Shown here in pieces: positions 20,655 through 31,037 of a stretch of DNA of 64,000 nt. This DNA is from Myxococcota bacterium. Lineage in GTDB: Bacteria > Myxococcota_A > SURF-8. The stretch covers positions 832,001 to 896,000 of the forward strand of contig CAXXQS010000001.1 in NCBI GenBank assembly GCA_963674735.2. The letters are read 5' to 3'. A model generated the notes under the pieces. It saw nothing but the letters and a program-made list of their open reading frames with translations. It ran no database searches and was not told the DNA's origin. The translations under genes were made by a program, and so were the position numbers. Each line of letters starts with the position of its first letter. The first letter of the stretch is position 1.

Positions 20655-21239
20655 CTACTCCCACTCGCGCACGCAGCGGATGACAATCGTTGGAGGGTCA
20701 TCCTGGCAGCCGAATTCAAAGCATCCTTCAGGGTTTCGATAGATCGAAACACTCCCTGAATAAAAATACACAAAATAGTTGCATTCGTAGGTGTCCAAAT
20801 GCATATAGCTGTTTGATGTGGCGTATCCATAGCAGGGGCCATTCAATTCGCTTCGCAAGTAGCAATGCCCGGCCCCGATTTCCTCGCAACCTGAGCAAGC
20901 GTCGTTATGACACTCAAAGTAATCAAGGCACTCGTCCGTAGTAGTGCACGCTCCACCCGGCTCCGTCGCTGGACAGTCGACAACTAGCGTGCGTAGCTCG
21001 GAAATGGTCGGCAAGCGCCAATCGTCGTATCCCGCCAATGTGTATGTGTCGCAAAAGTCCCAATGGCTAGAAAAATCGGGGTAAGTATCGAAGACATTCT
21101 CTCCCGGTTCAGGATTGGCCCAAAGCAGACCGGTTTCCTCATCCAGCCAGGTATCGGCGGGTGGATTCGAATCGCTGCAGGCGATCAGAATAAAGAATAG
21201 CGATGCGAAGCCCAAGATTATGGAAATAGGCGTGTTCAT
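20655..21239 (-). CDS. DUF1566 lipoprotein, copy A2
   Basis: Same motifs; lacks the acidic linker. Confidence 0.85.
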   Translation of the reverse strand: MNTPISIILGFASLFFILIACSDSNPPADTWLDEETGLLWANPEPGENVFDTYPDFSSHWDFCDTYTLAGYDDWRLPTISELRTLVVDCPATEPGGACTTTDECLDYFECHNDACSGCEEIGAGHCYLRSELNGPCYGYATSNSYMHLDTYECNYFVYFYSGSVSIYRNPEGCFEFGCQDDPPTIVIRCVREWE

Positions 21240-21259
21240 GTCGACCTCCATTCGCCCCG

Positions 21260-21922
21260 CTACTCCCACTCACGTACGCAGCGGATGTATAAATCGGGCC
21301 AGTCATCCTGACAGTCGATACAGTCATTTGGAGTTGGGAAGGTTGCGACAACTCCGTTACGATAATCTACGTAGTAGTAACAGAGGTATTTATTCAAATG
21401 TAAATAACGGTCGGAAGCGGCGTAGCGATCACACGGACCCTCTAACACGTTCGGCCAATAGCAATGCCCGGCCTCGATTTCATCGCAACCTGAGCAGGTA
21501 TCGTCGCGGCACTCGAAATAATCGAGACACTCGTCCGTAATACCACACTCGCCACCCAGCTTCGTCGTCGGGCAACCCACAATCAGGGTACGCAACTCGG
21601 AGATGGTCGGTAAACGCCAGTCGTCATAGCCCCCGAGAGCGTACGTATCGCAGTAATCTGCATGCATATCAAAATCCGGGTAGGCATCGTTATCATTCTC
21701 TCCCGACTCAGGATTGGCCCAAAGTAGACCGGTTTCCTCATCCAGCCAGGTATCGGCGGGTGTTTCGATTCCGATTTCGTCGTCGCTTTCGCTGCTTTCG
21801 TTCTCGCCCGCTACATCGCTATCGCTATCGCCGTCGATGCCGTGACTGTCTTCCTCGGTGCAGGCGATCAGAATAAAGAATAGCGATACGAAGCCCAAGA
21901 TTATGGAAATAGGCGTGTTCAT
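21260..21922 (-). CDS. DUF1566 lipoprotein, copy B1
   Basis: Same motifs; C-terminus identical to B2. Confidence 0.85.
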   Translation of the reverse strand: MNTPISIILGFVSLFFILIACTEEDSHGIDGDSDSDVAGENESSESDDEIGIETPADTWLDEETGLLWANPESGENDNDAYPDFDMHADYCDTYALGGYDDWRLPTISELRTLIVGCPTTKLGGECGITDECLDYFECRDDTCSGCDEIEAGHCYWPNVLEGPCDRYAASDRYLHLNKYLCYYYVDYRNGVVATFPTPNDCIDCQDDWPDLYIRCVREWE

Positions 21923-21944
21923 TTCGGCCTCCATTTTCGCCCCG

Positions 21945-22631
21945 CTACTCCCACTCGCGCACGCAGCGGATGGCAGTCGGCGGAAGGTGGTCCTGGCATT
22001 CGAATTCAAAACATCCACCGGGGTTTCGGAAAATCGAAACGCTCCCGAGATAGAAATTTACATAGTAGTTACATTCGTAGGTATCCATATGCATGTAGCT
22101 GTTTGATGTGGCGTACCAATAGCAGGGACCATTCAATCCGCTCCGCAAGTAGCAATGCCCGGCCCCGATTTCCTCGCAACCTGAGCAGGCGTCGTCGCGG
22201 CACTCGAAATAATCGAGACACTCGTCCGTAATGGTGCACGCACCGCCCGGCTCCGTCGTTGGACAGTCGGTAATCAGGCTGCGTAATTCAGAGATAGTCG
22301 GCAAACGCCAGTCGTCGAAACCTGCCAGTGTGTATGTCTTGCAATGATTGGCATGCGTATCAAAATCCGGGTAGACTTCAATATCGTTATCATCAGCTTC
22401 GGGATTGGCCCAGAGCAGGCCGGTTTCCTCATCCAGCCAGGTTTCGGCAGGGGTTTCAATTCCATTTTCTGCGTCGTCGTCGGTTTCGCTGCTTTCGTTC
22501 TCACCCGATACGTCGCTATCTCCATCGGTGCCGCTATTATGCTCGTCGCTGCAGGCGAAGAAGAATCGGAACAGAAGCAAACAGGCGAACGCGCATATAT
22601 AGCCTGAACGGGGAAACGAGAGCGTCATCAC
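21945..22631 (-). CDS. DUF1566 lipoprotein, copy A1
   Basis: FFAC lipobox, FDDWRLPTISEL, IRCVREWE. GGAGG RBS. Confidence 0.85.
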   Translation of the reverse strand: MMTLSFPRSGYICAFACLLLFRFFFACSDEHNSGTDGDSDVSGENESSETDDDAENGIETPAETWLDEETGLLWANPEADDNDIEVYPDFDTHANHCKTYTLAGFDDWRLPTISELRSLITDCPTTEPGGACTITDECLDYFECRDDACSGCEEIGAGHCYLRSGLNGPCYWYATSNSYMHMDTYECNYYVNFYLGSVSIFRNPGGCFEFECQDHLPPTAIRCVREWE

Positions 22632-22940
22632 ACAGCCTCCGCAATTTACTTACACGCCTGCATCATGATGCATGTTTACCCACGATTTTGCAAGTGAAAG
22701 AATCGGCATTCGACTTAACGGCTCTGGTTGAGCTTGCCGGAACGCGGCTTCTGATGTGTACGCCAATCTGTTTTGCATCCTTTGGAGTCGAGCCAAGAGC
22801 GATTTTCCACGCTTTCCGAGAAATTCCAAGCGCCGTTTTACAGACAGCCTGCAAGTGAAAACCCCGCCTCGAAAGACGGGGTTTATCGGCAGCCTGAAGC
22901 CCTCCCGAAGGAGGGCAAATGGGCTTGCGATTCAGATTGG

Positions 22941-25900
22941 TTAGATTGACTTGGACTGGCGACGGCGACGCGCCAGAAGCAGAGGAAGCAGGAGGAAGGG
23001 ATATCCGATGAGCGATTCGAGATCGATGGAACGACATCCGCCACCGCCACCGCCGTTATCATCGCCATCGGTCGGATCGTCACCGTCGGTCGGATCATCG
23101 CCATCGGCCGGATCGTCGCCATCGGCCGGATCGTCGCCGTCGGCCGGATTGTCGCCATCGGTCGGATCGTCGCCATCGGTCGGATCGTCGCCATCGGTCG
23201 GATCGTCGCCATCGGTCGGATCGTCGCCGTCGGTCGGAACGTCGCCGTCGGTATCGCCGTCGGTATCGCCGTCGGTATCGCCGTCGGTATCGCCGTCGGT
23301 TTCAGCTTCGGCATCTCCGTCGATTTCGCCGTCATCGTCGCCGTCGACGACCGGAACCTCGGTCAGTTCGATGGTGAATGACGCGGACAGGCGGCTCTCG
23401 GAAAGACCGATCACCTGTGCGACCAAGCCGCTTTCGCCACTGACTTCCGCCATCTCCGCCACACCGGCCCCGGCTTCATCGGCGGCATCCATGCAGGAGG
23501 TGGCTTCGCATTGCGGTTTCAACACGAGGGCCACATCCAGCCCGCTATCCGGCGTCACCGTGACGCGGTACTGTTTTTCGGTATCGAGCGTGGCGTTGAA
23601 GAACAGGTCCGGGCCGCTCCATTCGCCGCTGTCCAGACAAGGCGCGCCGACCGCTTGGAAGGCGTGCATGCCGTCGAAGGATTTGGTAAGCGGAGAATCG
23701 AGTTGCATCGAGAAAAGGCTTTCGCATTGGTCGCCGGTGGGCGTTGCTTCGCAGGTTCCCGCAAAGCAGGACCAGGGCGGATCCGCCTGATCGTCGCAGA
23801 CGGTCCAATCGGCCAGCGCGTCGTTGACGCAGCCGCTTTGCGCATCGCAGCTATCGGCGGTACAGACGTTGCTGTCGTCACAGTCGGCATCTTGCGGGGT
23901 GTGGGAGCAATCGCCGGTTTGCGATTCGCAGCCGTCAAGAGTGCAGTCTATCTGGTCGTTGCAGTCCTTGGCGCTCCAGGCATCGCTGGCGCTATCGGAA
24001 GCGCAGACCTGGCAGAGATCCGCCGAGCTGGCGGCTTCTTCTGCGTAGCAGGCGGCATCGATCAGGCAGGTATCCTGAACCATGGTGTAGGTGCAGCCTC
24101 CCTGGCCGTTGCACCAGTCGCGTGTGCATTCCAGGCTGTCGTCGCAATCGTAGGCATCGCCCGCGCAGGTGCCCGCCTGACAGCGGTCGTTGGAGGTGCA
24201 GGCCAAGCCGTCGTTGCAGGTAGCGCTTTCGGGTTTGTTGGCCCATCCGGCCAAGGCCCAGCTGATGTCGCAATGCTGACAGCTGTTTTCGGGGTTGTCC
24301 GCGCCGTTGGCGATGCAGGTGTCGTCGATGAGACAATGGCTGCCGTCCAGGGACGTCAGGCATCCTCCGTCACCCGTGCAGGAGTCGATGGTACAATCCT
24401 TGCCGTCGTCGCAGGTGTAGCTATCACCCGCGCAAACGCCCGACTGGCAGCGGTCGGCTTGCGTGCATAATTGGCCGTCATTGCAGGTTTCGGTGCTGGG
24501 TTTGTCGCTCCAAGCCTGCTGGTCGCCGGTGGAGGCGCACCATTGGCATTCGTTGGCCGGGTTGTTACTGCCGTTGACGTAGCAAACGCCCCCGATCAGG
24601 CAGCTCCCGCTCACGATGTCGTGGTCGCAGGTGCCGTCGCCGTTGCAGGTGTCGGCGGTACAGGCGATGTCGTCGTTGCAAGTGTAGGCATCACCCGCGC
24701 AGACGCCGGCTTGGCAGCGGTCGTTTTGCGTGCAGGCCTGACCGTCGTTGCAGGTGACCGTGCTCGGGAAATTGTTCCAGGCGGTATGGCTGACACCGAT
24801 GCCGCAAACCTGACAGGAGTTCGAGGGGTTGATGTCGCCGTTCTGGTAGCATTGACCGTCGATCAGGCAGTAACTCGCTTCGATATCGAAGGTGCAGGTG
24901 CCGTCGCCGTTGCAACTGTCGGCGGTGCAATCGATATCGTCGTTGCAGACGTAGCTATCGCCGGTGCAGGCGCCGGAATCGCAGTGGTCGTTTTGCGTAC
25001 AGGCCTGGCTGTCATCGCAGGTGGCCGACGAGGGCTTGTCTGTCCAGGTCAGTTGATTCGTGCCCGCTTCACACCACTGACAATCGTTTTCGGGATTGGC
25101 GGCTTCATTTGCGTAGCAGGTTTCAGCGATCAGGCACGATCCGGCCTGGACGCCATAGTGGCAGGTGCCGTCGCCGTTGCAGGTGTCGGTGGTGCAGCTA
25201 TAGCCATCGTCACAACTATAGGCGACGCCGGTACAGACCGTATTCTCGCAGTAATCCTCTTTCGTGCAGGCGTCGTCGTCGTCGCAGACGCCCGCGGCGT
25301 TGTTGGACCAGCTTGTGACGGATTGCGAAACATCGCACTTCGCACAACTGTTTTCGGGATCGACTGTGCCGTCGTCGTAGATTTCGCCCTCGATGTAGCA
25401 GCAATCCACACAACCGAAGCGGGCCTGGGCGCGCGTGACGCCGTACTCTTCGTTGGTGTAAGCCACCAGCATCTTACCGGCGTCGTTGAACGAGACCGCC
25501 GGAGCCATTTCGTCTAAGGCGTTGGTGGAGACGGGGAAGGGACTGGCGGACATCGTCGTGCCGTTCATGAAGGTACCGAAGATATCCGTGCCGGCGTTGC
25601 GTCCGTCTTCCCAGACGACCACGAAGTCTCCATTGTGTTCGGCAATGCGCGGAGCCTGCCGCGTGGCGCTGTCATCGGCCAGCAGGATGGGGCTGGTATC
25701 GACGAGCGTTCCGTTGTTGAAAACGCGTTTCAGGTAGATGCCGCCATCTTCGAAACCGGAGTCGCTGCGCTGGTAGACGATCCAGAAAACGCCGTTGCCG
25801 TTGTAGGCGATGTCGGGGGTGGCTTTGTAGGCCGAGGTGATATCCACCTCGATCTGGGCACTGATATCCATCGGACCGCCGTTGGTCGCATCGACGCGGG

Positions 25901-28520
25901 CGGCATAGATATGGGTGTAGGTGTCGGTGCGTTGGTTGGAGGTGTAGGCGAGCATCCAATAGCTGTCGGAAACCGCGAGGCGCGGTTTATCCTGAACATA
26001 CAGATTGTTGACGATGATGCTGTCGTAGGGATTTTCCAAGCGTGCGCCGCTGGCGTCGATGCGCACGCCGAGGATGTTGCCGACATCGTAATAGGTGTCT
26101 TTCCAGACAACCAGATAGGCATCGCTGCCGTTCCAGCAGACATCCGGGCTGGTCTCTTCGCCGCCGGTGTTGTCGTTGATACGGAAGTCGCCGGATGTGT
26201 CCGGTACGCCCGCTGCACTGACGAAGCGTCCGCGAATTTCGGTGCGGATGACGGCTTTTGCCGTGCCCGAGTTATCTTCGTAGACTACCAGGTAGTTACT
26301 GCCGTCGAAGTCAACCGCCGGATTCTGCTGGTGGTTATGTCCGTCGGCAATGGCGAACGACGATGAAACCGTACCGTCGGCTTCGATGATCGCGCCATAG
26401 ACATCATTGTTCACGCCGTTGCGGGTGTCGTGCCAGACGGCCAGGAAATCGCTGCCGTCGCTGGCCATATCCAGGTTCGACTGGGAGTTGACGGAAGTGG
26501 CCACCAGCGTTCCGTTGGCGGGAGCGGCAACCGGGGTTCCGGCATTCAGAGTGATACGTGCTCCGTAGATGTCGTCGGTGACGTTGCGCTGATCCTGCCA
26601 GGCGGTGAACCAGCTTCCCGGCACGGCGGTCGTTTCGGGGCTGAGTTGCAGGTCGGTGTCATTTGTCAGAGATGCGGCGCTGCCAAGGGCGGTACCCACG
26701 CTATCGAGGGCGATTGCGCCGATTTCACGATCGTCCGAATAGCTCGGCCAATCTTGGTAGGTGACCAGATAAGCGCTGCCGTTCCAGGCGATCGAGGGAC
26801 GTTGCAGGCGGTAGGCGCTGCTGTGGATCTCAAAACCCGCGGCATCGCCGAGGGCTGTTCCGGCTGTGGAGACGAAGCGGCCATAGATGTCTTCGACGAA
26901 CGAGGTATCGTGGCCGTTGCGGTTGTCGGACCAGACGACCAGGAAATTCGTGCCGTTGAACGCGATGGCGGGGGTTTCCTGATGTTGGCCGTAATTGCAG
27001 ATGGGGAAGCCGTTGACGGGATCGGAAGCATGGACCGCAGCGGCTTGAGTGACGCGCACGCCGTAGATGTCTTTGTAGCCCGAACGCCAGTCGTCCCAGA
27101 CGACCAGGTAGTTTGTGCCGTCAAAGGCGATGGCGGGTGCGCCGACGTAGACCGTCGGATTGGCCACGACAAACGGCGTGGTGGAGACGCTGCCGGTCTG
27201 GTGATTGAACATGCTGGCGTGTAATCCGTAGTAGCTGCCGATCAGCTCGGCCCAAACCAATAAACAGCCCGTGCTGCTGCAGGAAATCGCATGGTCGGTA
27301 TCGCCGTAGGGCGTTTCGGAGACGGAAATCGCCGTGGTATCGACCAGAGCACCGGCCGCAGTCACGCGCGCCAGTTTCGTGTAATTGCCGTTATGTTGCC
27401 AGGCGACGACGTAATAGGGAGTCGTTCCGGGGGCATAGGCGACCGTCGGGTTTTGCTGCGAGGTGTTTTCCGCCGCAATCGCGATGCCGTAAGGATCGAG
27501 AATTTCACCGGTTGCGGCGTTGATGCGGGTTCCGTACACGTGATCGTAGCCGGAGCGGCTGTCCTGCCAGACGGCAAAGTAGGTGTCGCTGCCGTTGGAG
27601 GTGACGCTCGGCGATATCTGATCGTCCTCGACGGCTCCGGCGATGGGATCGTCGATTTCGAATTCGGCGAAAACCACCGGATCGATGGCCAAGGGATAAC
27701 TGGCCTGAGCCAACGCCTTTTCTTCCAGCGTGTAGGTCAAGCGTCCGTCGCGATAGCGGCTACTGAGGGGCCAACGACGGTGTTGGCTGTCGATGGCAAT
27801 CGCCGGTCCGACGGCCACGAGCCGGTGCTGGGCCGGGTTTCCGAAGTGGTGTCCGCCCGGCGTCCGGGCCAGATAGGGGAGGCCTTCGACTTCGAGGGTG
27901 ATGTGCAGGTCGCCGCTCAATGTGGGTTTTTCGTTGAGAATCCAGGTTAGTTCCAAGCCATCCGGCCGGGCTTCGCTGTGCGCGACCAATCGCGTTTCGT
28001 CGTTCAAAAGTTGCTGGACCGTATTGCTTAGAATCGTGGGGGCGTCTCCCATTTCGGGGTCGGCGAGCAGGGAATGTCCGGCGACGGCGATATCGCTCAA
28101 ACGCAGGGAAAGAGCCGATGTTGCCGTATCCGACGCCGCCGGGCTGAACTGAATCGCGTCATGGCTCACCGTCGCGGAATACGTGGGACCGTAAGCGGTC
28201 GGGAGACCGTTTTCCAACTCGAAGCGGTGACGCACGCGCGTCATGACGGCATTGAGGGCGAAGGTCGGCGCCATCAACGGGCTTTGGTCAGCAACCCGGA
28301 CGTCGGCATCCTGGGGGGCCGGTTGCACCTGCCAAAACGCAGCCTCCGGCGTATACGTCCAATCCGCTGTCGAATCGGAGGGAGAAGTCTGAGTCGACGG
28401 GGATGGCGCGGTTGCCACGGATGGATTCGAGTCGAATCCCGAATCGGGTGAGCAGGCGGCGAAGGTGGCTAGAATGACAAGCAAAATCCACATTCCAATG
28501 GCGTTACGGACTCGCATCAT
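22941..28520 (-). CDS. 1859-aa surface protein: beta-repeat domain, CxDxxxCTxDxC Cys repeats, TDGDDP linker, MYXO-CTERM-like anchor
   Basis: N-terminal FAAC lipobox, repeated FDGTNYLVVWxDxR blades, Dictyostelium-type CTxDxC repeats. Ends GGGGGGC + hydrophobic stretch + RRRR. Confidence 0.88.
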   Translation of the reverse strand: MMRVRNAIGMWILLVILATFAACSPDSGFDSNPSVATAPSPSTQTSPSDSTADWTYTPEAAFWQVQPAPQDADVRVADQSPLMAPTFALNAVMTRVRHRFELENGLPTAYGPTYSATVSHDAIQFSPAASDTATSALSLRLSDIAVAGHSLLADPEMGDAPTILSNTVQQLLNDETRLVAHSEARPDGLELTWILNEKPTLSGDLHITLEVEGLPYLARTPGGHHFGNPAQHRLVAVGPAIAIDSQHRRWPLSSRYRDGRLTYTLEEKALAQASYPLAIDPVVFAEFEIDDPIAGAVEDDQISPSVTSNGSDTYFAVWQDSRSGYDHVYGTRINAATGEILDPYGIAIAAENTSQQNPTVAYAPGTTPYYVVAWQHNGNYTKLARVTAAGALVDTTAISVSETPYGDTDHAISCSSTGCLLVWAELIGSYYGLHASMFNHQTGSVSTTPFVVANPTVYVGAPAIAFDGTNYLVVWDDWRSGYKDIYGVRVTQAAAVHASDPVNGFPICNYGQHQETPAIAFNGTNFLVVWSDNRNGHDTSFVEDIYGRFVSTAGTALGDAAGFEIHSSAYRLQRPSIAWNGSAYLVTYQDWPSYSDDREIGAIALDSVGTALGSAASLTNDTDLQLSPETTAVPGSWFTAWQDQRNVTDDIYGARITLNAGTPVAAPANGTLVATSVNSQSNLDMASDGSDFLAVWHDTRNGVNNDVYGAIIEADGTVSSSFAIADGHNHQQNPAVDFDGSNYLVVYEDNSGTAKAVIRTEIRGRFVSAAGVPDTSGDFRINDNTGGEETSPDVCWNGSDAYLVVWKDTYYDVGNILGVRIDASGARLENPYDSIIVNNLYVQDKPRLAVSDSYWMLAYTSNQRTDTYTHIYAARVDATNGGPMDISAQIEVDITSAYKATPDIAYNGNGVFWIVYQRSDSGFEDGGIYLKRVFNNGTLVDTSPILLADDSATRQAPRIAEHNGDFVVVWEDGRNAGTDIFGTFMNGTTMSASPFPVSTNALDEMAPAVSFNDAGKMLVAYTNEEYGVTRAQARFGCVDCCYIEGEIYDDGTVDPENSCAKCDVSQSVTSWSNNAAGVCDDDDACTKEDYCENTVCTGVAYSCDDGYSCTTDTCNGDGTCHYGVQAGSCLIAETCYANEAANPENDCQWCEAGTNQLTWTDKPSSATCDDSQACTQNDHCDSGACTGDSYVCNDDIDCTADSCNGDGTCTFDIEASYCLIDGQCYQNGDINPSNSCQVCGIGVSHTAWNNFPSTVTCNDGQACTQNDRCQAGVCAGDAYTCNDDIACTADTCNGDGTCDHDIVSGSCLIGGVCYVNGSNNPANECQWCASTGDQQAWSDKPSTETCNDGQLCTQADRCQSGVCAGDSYTCDDGKDCTIDSCTGDGGCLTSLDGSHCLIDDTCIANGADNPENSCQHCDISWALAGWANKPESATCNDGLACTSNDRCQAGTCAGDAYDCDDSLECTRDWCNGQGGCTYTMVQDTCLIDAACYAEEAASSADLCQVCASDSASDAWSAKDCNDQIDCTLDGCESQTGDCSHTPQDADCDDSNVCTADSCDAQSGCVNDALADWTVCDDQADPPWSCFAGTCEATPTGDQCESLFSMQLDSPLTKSFDGMHAFQAVGAPCLDSGEWSGPDLFFNATLDTEKQYRVTVTPDSGLDVALVLKPQCEATSCMDAADEAGAGVAEMAEVSGESGLVAQVIGLSESRLSASFTIELTEVPVVDGDDDGEIDGDAEAETDGDTDGDTDGDTDGDTDGDVPTDGDDPTDGDDPTDGDDPTDGDDPTDGDNPADGDDPADGDDPADGDDPTDGDDPTDGDDNGGGGGGCRSIDLESLIGYPFLLLPLLLARRRRQSKSI

Positions 28521-28839
28521 GCCGATTCATCCTCTCAAAATAGGTTTTATAATGACTACATTACGCTTTTTAAACAATCGGACAGATGCCTGAAGTCTTT
28601 AGAGAAAAAAATGGATTATTGTGTGGAAATACACAGTGTTATAAGCGCTTATCATTACTGAGATAATTGCTTGTCGGTTCGACTTTTCATCCAGACGGAA
28701 TCACGGGGCGTTTGCTTGGCCAATGCGATTGACGTTACCATTCTTGCATGTTAGAAATGGGGCGGGAAATAGAGCCGTTCAATATCCATTATTCGAGTTT
28801 CAAACAGAACGAGTCAAACGTTATAAAACGGGTGTAGCC

Positions 28840-30966
28840 ATGAAACGTAAAACGTGGAATATCGTTGTTGCTATCCTGCTGGCGACTTGTGTGGGCCTGC
28901 TTGTCGCGTGTACCGGGACGACGGAAGTGTTCGATAACGATGAGCCGGACGGCGACGAGCCGGAATGCGAGTCGAATGACGATTGCGATGAGGATGAAAC
29001 CTGCCGGGATGGGAAATGCCTCAAGCGCTGCACGTCGGATGAGGACTGCGTGTTCGGCTTCGTCTGTTTCGACGGTTCCTGCGTGCTCGAAGGTCTCGTT
29101 CCCGGTGATGGCGATGCCGCCGATGGCGACACGCCCGATGGGGATAATCAAAGCGATGGCGACAACTCCGACGGCGACACGCCCGACGGCGATCGTGTCG
29201 ACGGGGATGATCCGGACGGCGATACGCCCGACGGCGACGCTCCCGCCTGCACGAATTCCGGCGATTGCGAGCTGGGGCAGGTTTGCATCGACGGGCACTG
29301 TGTGGCGGGTTGTTTGAACGACCGAGACTGCACGAACGGCCTGCACTGCAAAACGGACCAGCCGCCGCATGGGGCATGTGTGGCGTGTTTGACTACCGCC
29401 GATTGTCCGAGCAATCATGAATGCCGCCAAAATGAATGCCTGTTGACCTGCGCCAACAATGAGGACTGCGCAGGGGTAAGCGGTAAACCCATCTGCGATC
29501 CGACCTCGGGCGTTTGCGTGGCCTGCCTCACCGATGCCGATTGTTCGATCGGCCGGATTTGTTTCGAACATGCCTGTGCCGATGGTTGCCGCAGCGACCG
29601 CGATTGTCCGAACGAACTGGTGTGCGACGTTCGTGTCGAGCCGCACGGCGGCTGTTTCGACTGCATCGGCGACGAACAATGTGACGGAAACGATGTGTGC
29701 ACCGACCATGTCTGCGGGGTTGATTGCAGCCAGATCCAGTGTCCGGCCGAAAGTCCGTACTGCCGACCCGTCGACGGAGAATGCGTCGAATGCCTGGAAA
29801 AAGCGCATTGCGGAAGCGGCAAAATCTGCGAGCAGAATCTGTGTATTTCGGGCTGCGAGGTCAATGAAGACTGCTCCGGCGGGCAGTATTGTCTCGATCT
29901 CGGAGCGGGATCGTGTGTGGACTGCATCATCGACGCTCATTGCAGCGGCAGCGAGAAATGCATCAACGGCACGTGTTTAGATGCGGAATGCGTCGACGAC
30001 GGCGATTGCGGACAGAATCAGTACTGTCATCCCAACCTGGCGGAATGTTACGACTATCCGGCGTCGTCCTGTGCGGAAGATGCGGATTGCGCGCTCTTCC
30101 CGCTCAACCTGGAAATGTGCGATCCGCTGACCCATACCTGCATTGCCTCGTGCTTATACGAGCTTCTCTGTCTCTTCAGCGGGGACCGCTTCTACTGCGT
30201 CAACGGCGGCTGCTACGAATGCCTGGACGACAGCTACTGCCAGGGGACGGCTTGCGATCCCTTCGACTACCTCTGCGAGGATTGCAGCACGGACGCCGAT
30301 TGCGTCGATTCAAGCTGGCATTGTTCCGAATCCAGCGGCGGCTGCTACGAATGTCTACAAGACGGGCATTGCGCGAACGGCGACCGCTGTCACCCGGACG
30401 ACAACGAATGCGTGGAATGCCTGGACGATCAGGATTGCACCACCAGCGCCAAACCGGAGTGCAGCAAGAGCCATGTGTGCATCCCGCCCTGCAGCCACGA
30501 GTGCAACGAAGATCAGATGATCTGCAACCCGGACGACAACGAGAAACCCATCAGCTATCTCCGTTGCGGCGATTACGACGACGATTCCTGCCGCGAATAC
30601 AGCAGTGCGTACTCCTGTCCCTCCGGGCAGACCTGCCGTGACGACGCCTGCGTCTGCGATCACGAATGCGAGGTCAGCGATAACTACTGCGATACGGAAG
30701 ACCCCTACGTCATCCATCAATGCGTGGAAGACTACAACGGTTGCCGCTACTGGAGCAGCAGTTACTGCGACAGCTCGCTGATCTGTTCCGCAGGCGCCTG
30801 CGAATGCGAAGTGAGTTGCAGCCAGAATGCCAAACGCTGTATCGCGGACGATCCGGACCACTTCGAGGTGTGCCTGCCCAACTCTTTCACCGGCTGCAAC
30901 TACTGGGCGTATCGAACCTGCGGGGAAGGCACGCAGTGCATCGGCACCGACGTGTGCCCCTACTAA
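28840..30966 (+). CDS. Very Cys-rich lipoprotein (CxxDxDCxxGxxC repeats) with PDGD linker
   Basis: MKRKTWN...LVAC lipobox followed by many short Cys modules. Confidence 0.85.
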   Translation: MKRKTWNIVVAILLATCVGLLVACTGTTEVFDNDEPDGDEPECESNDDCDEDETCRDGKCLKRCTSDEDCVFGFVCFDGSCVLEGLVPGDGDAADGDTPDGDNQSDGDNSDGDTPDGDRVDGDDPDGDTPDGDAPACTNSGDCELGQVCIDGHCVAGCLNDRDCTNGLHCKTDQPPHGACVACLTTADCPSNHECRQNECLLTCANNEDCAGVSGKPICDPTSGVCVACLTDADCSIGRICFEHACADGCRSDRDCPNELVCDVRVEPHGGCFDCIGDEQCDGNDVCTDHVCGVDCSQIQCPAESPYCRPVDGECVECLEKAHCGSGKICEQNLCISGCEVNEDCSGGQYCLDLGAGSCVDCIIDAHCSGSEKCINGTCLDAECVDDGDCGQNQYCHPNLAECYDYPASSCAEDADCALFPLNLEMCDPLTHTCIASCLYELLCLFSGDRFYCVNGGCYECLDDSYCQGTACDPFDYLCEDCSTDADCVDSSWHCSESSGGCYECLQDGHCANGDRCHPDDNECVECLDDQDCTTSAKPECSKSHVCIPPCSHECNEDQMICNPDDNEKPISYLRCGDYDDDSCREYSSAYSCPSGQTCRDDACVCDHECEVSDNYCDTEDPYVIHQCVEDYNGCRYWSSSYCDSSLICSAGACECEVSCSQNAKRCIADDPDHFEVCLPNSFTGCNYWAYRTCGEGTQCIGTDVCPY

Positions 30967-31037
30967 AGCAGGTGGCATATTTGTATTGAAACGGGCGGGG
31001 AGGGGTGTTGCGGTATTTTCCAGACGGAAGCCCTGGT

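Larger units (their letters stand above)
19760..23041. repeat. 145-bp direct repeat (19760-19904 / 22897-23041) copying the 3' end + terminator hairpin of the 1859-aa gene
   Basis: Offset 3137 bp, about 5 mismatches. Encodes GCRSIDLESLIG(Y/T)PFLLLPLLLARRRRQSKSI*. Confidence 0.92.

Noticed and set aside
19970-22631. Complete diversity-generating retroelement
   Set aside because: No reverse transcriptase or non-coding template repeat in the window. A1/A2 differences are not confined to adenines and all four copies are intact ORFs.
23050-23300. CRISPR-like periodic repeats (also 7700-7805, 38655-38800, 59700-59960)
   Set aside because: These are in-frame 12-18 bp coding tandem repeats without unique spacers, and there are no cas genes.
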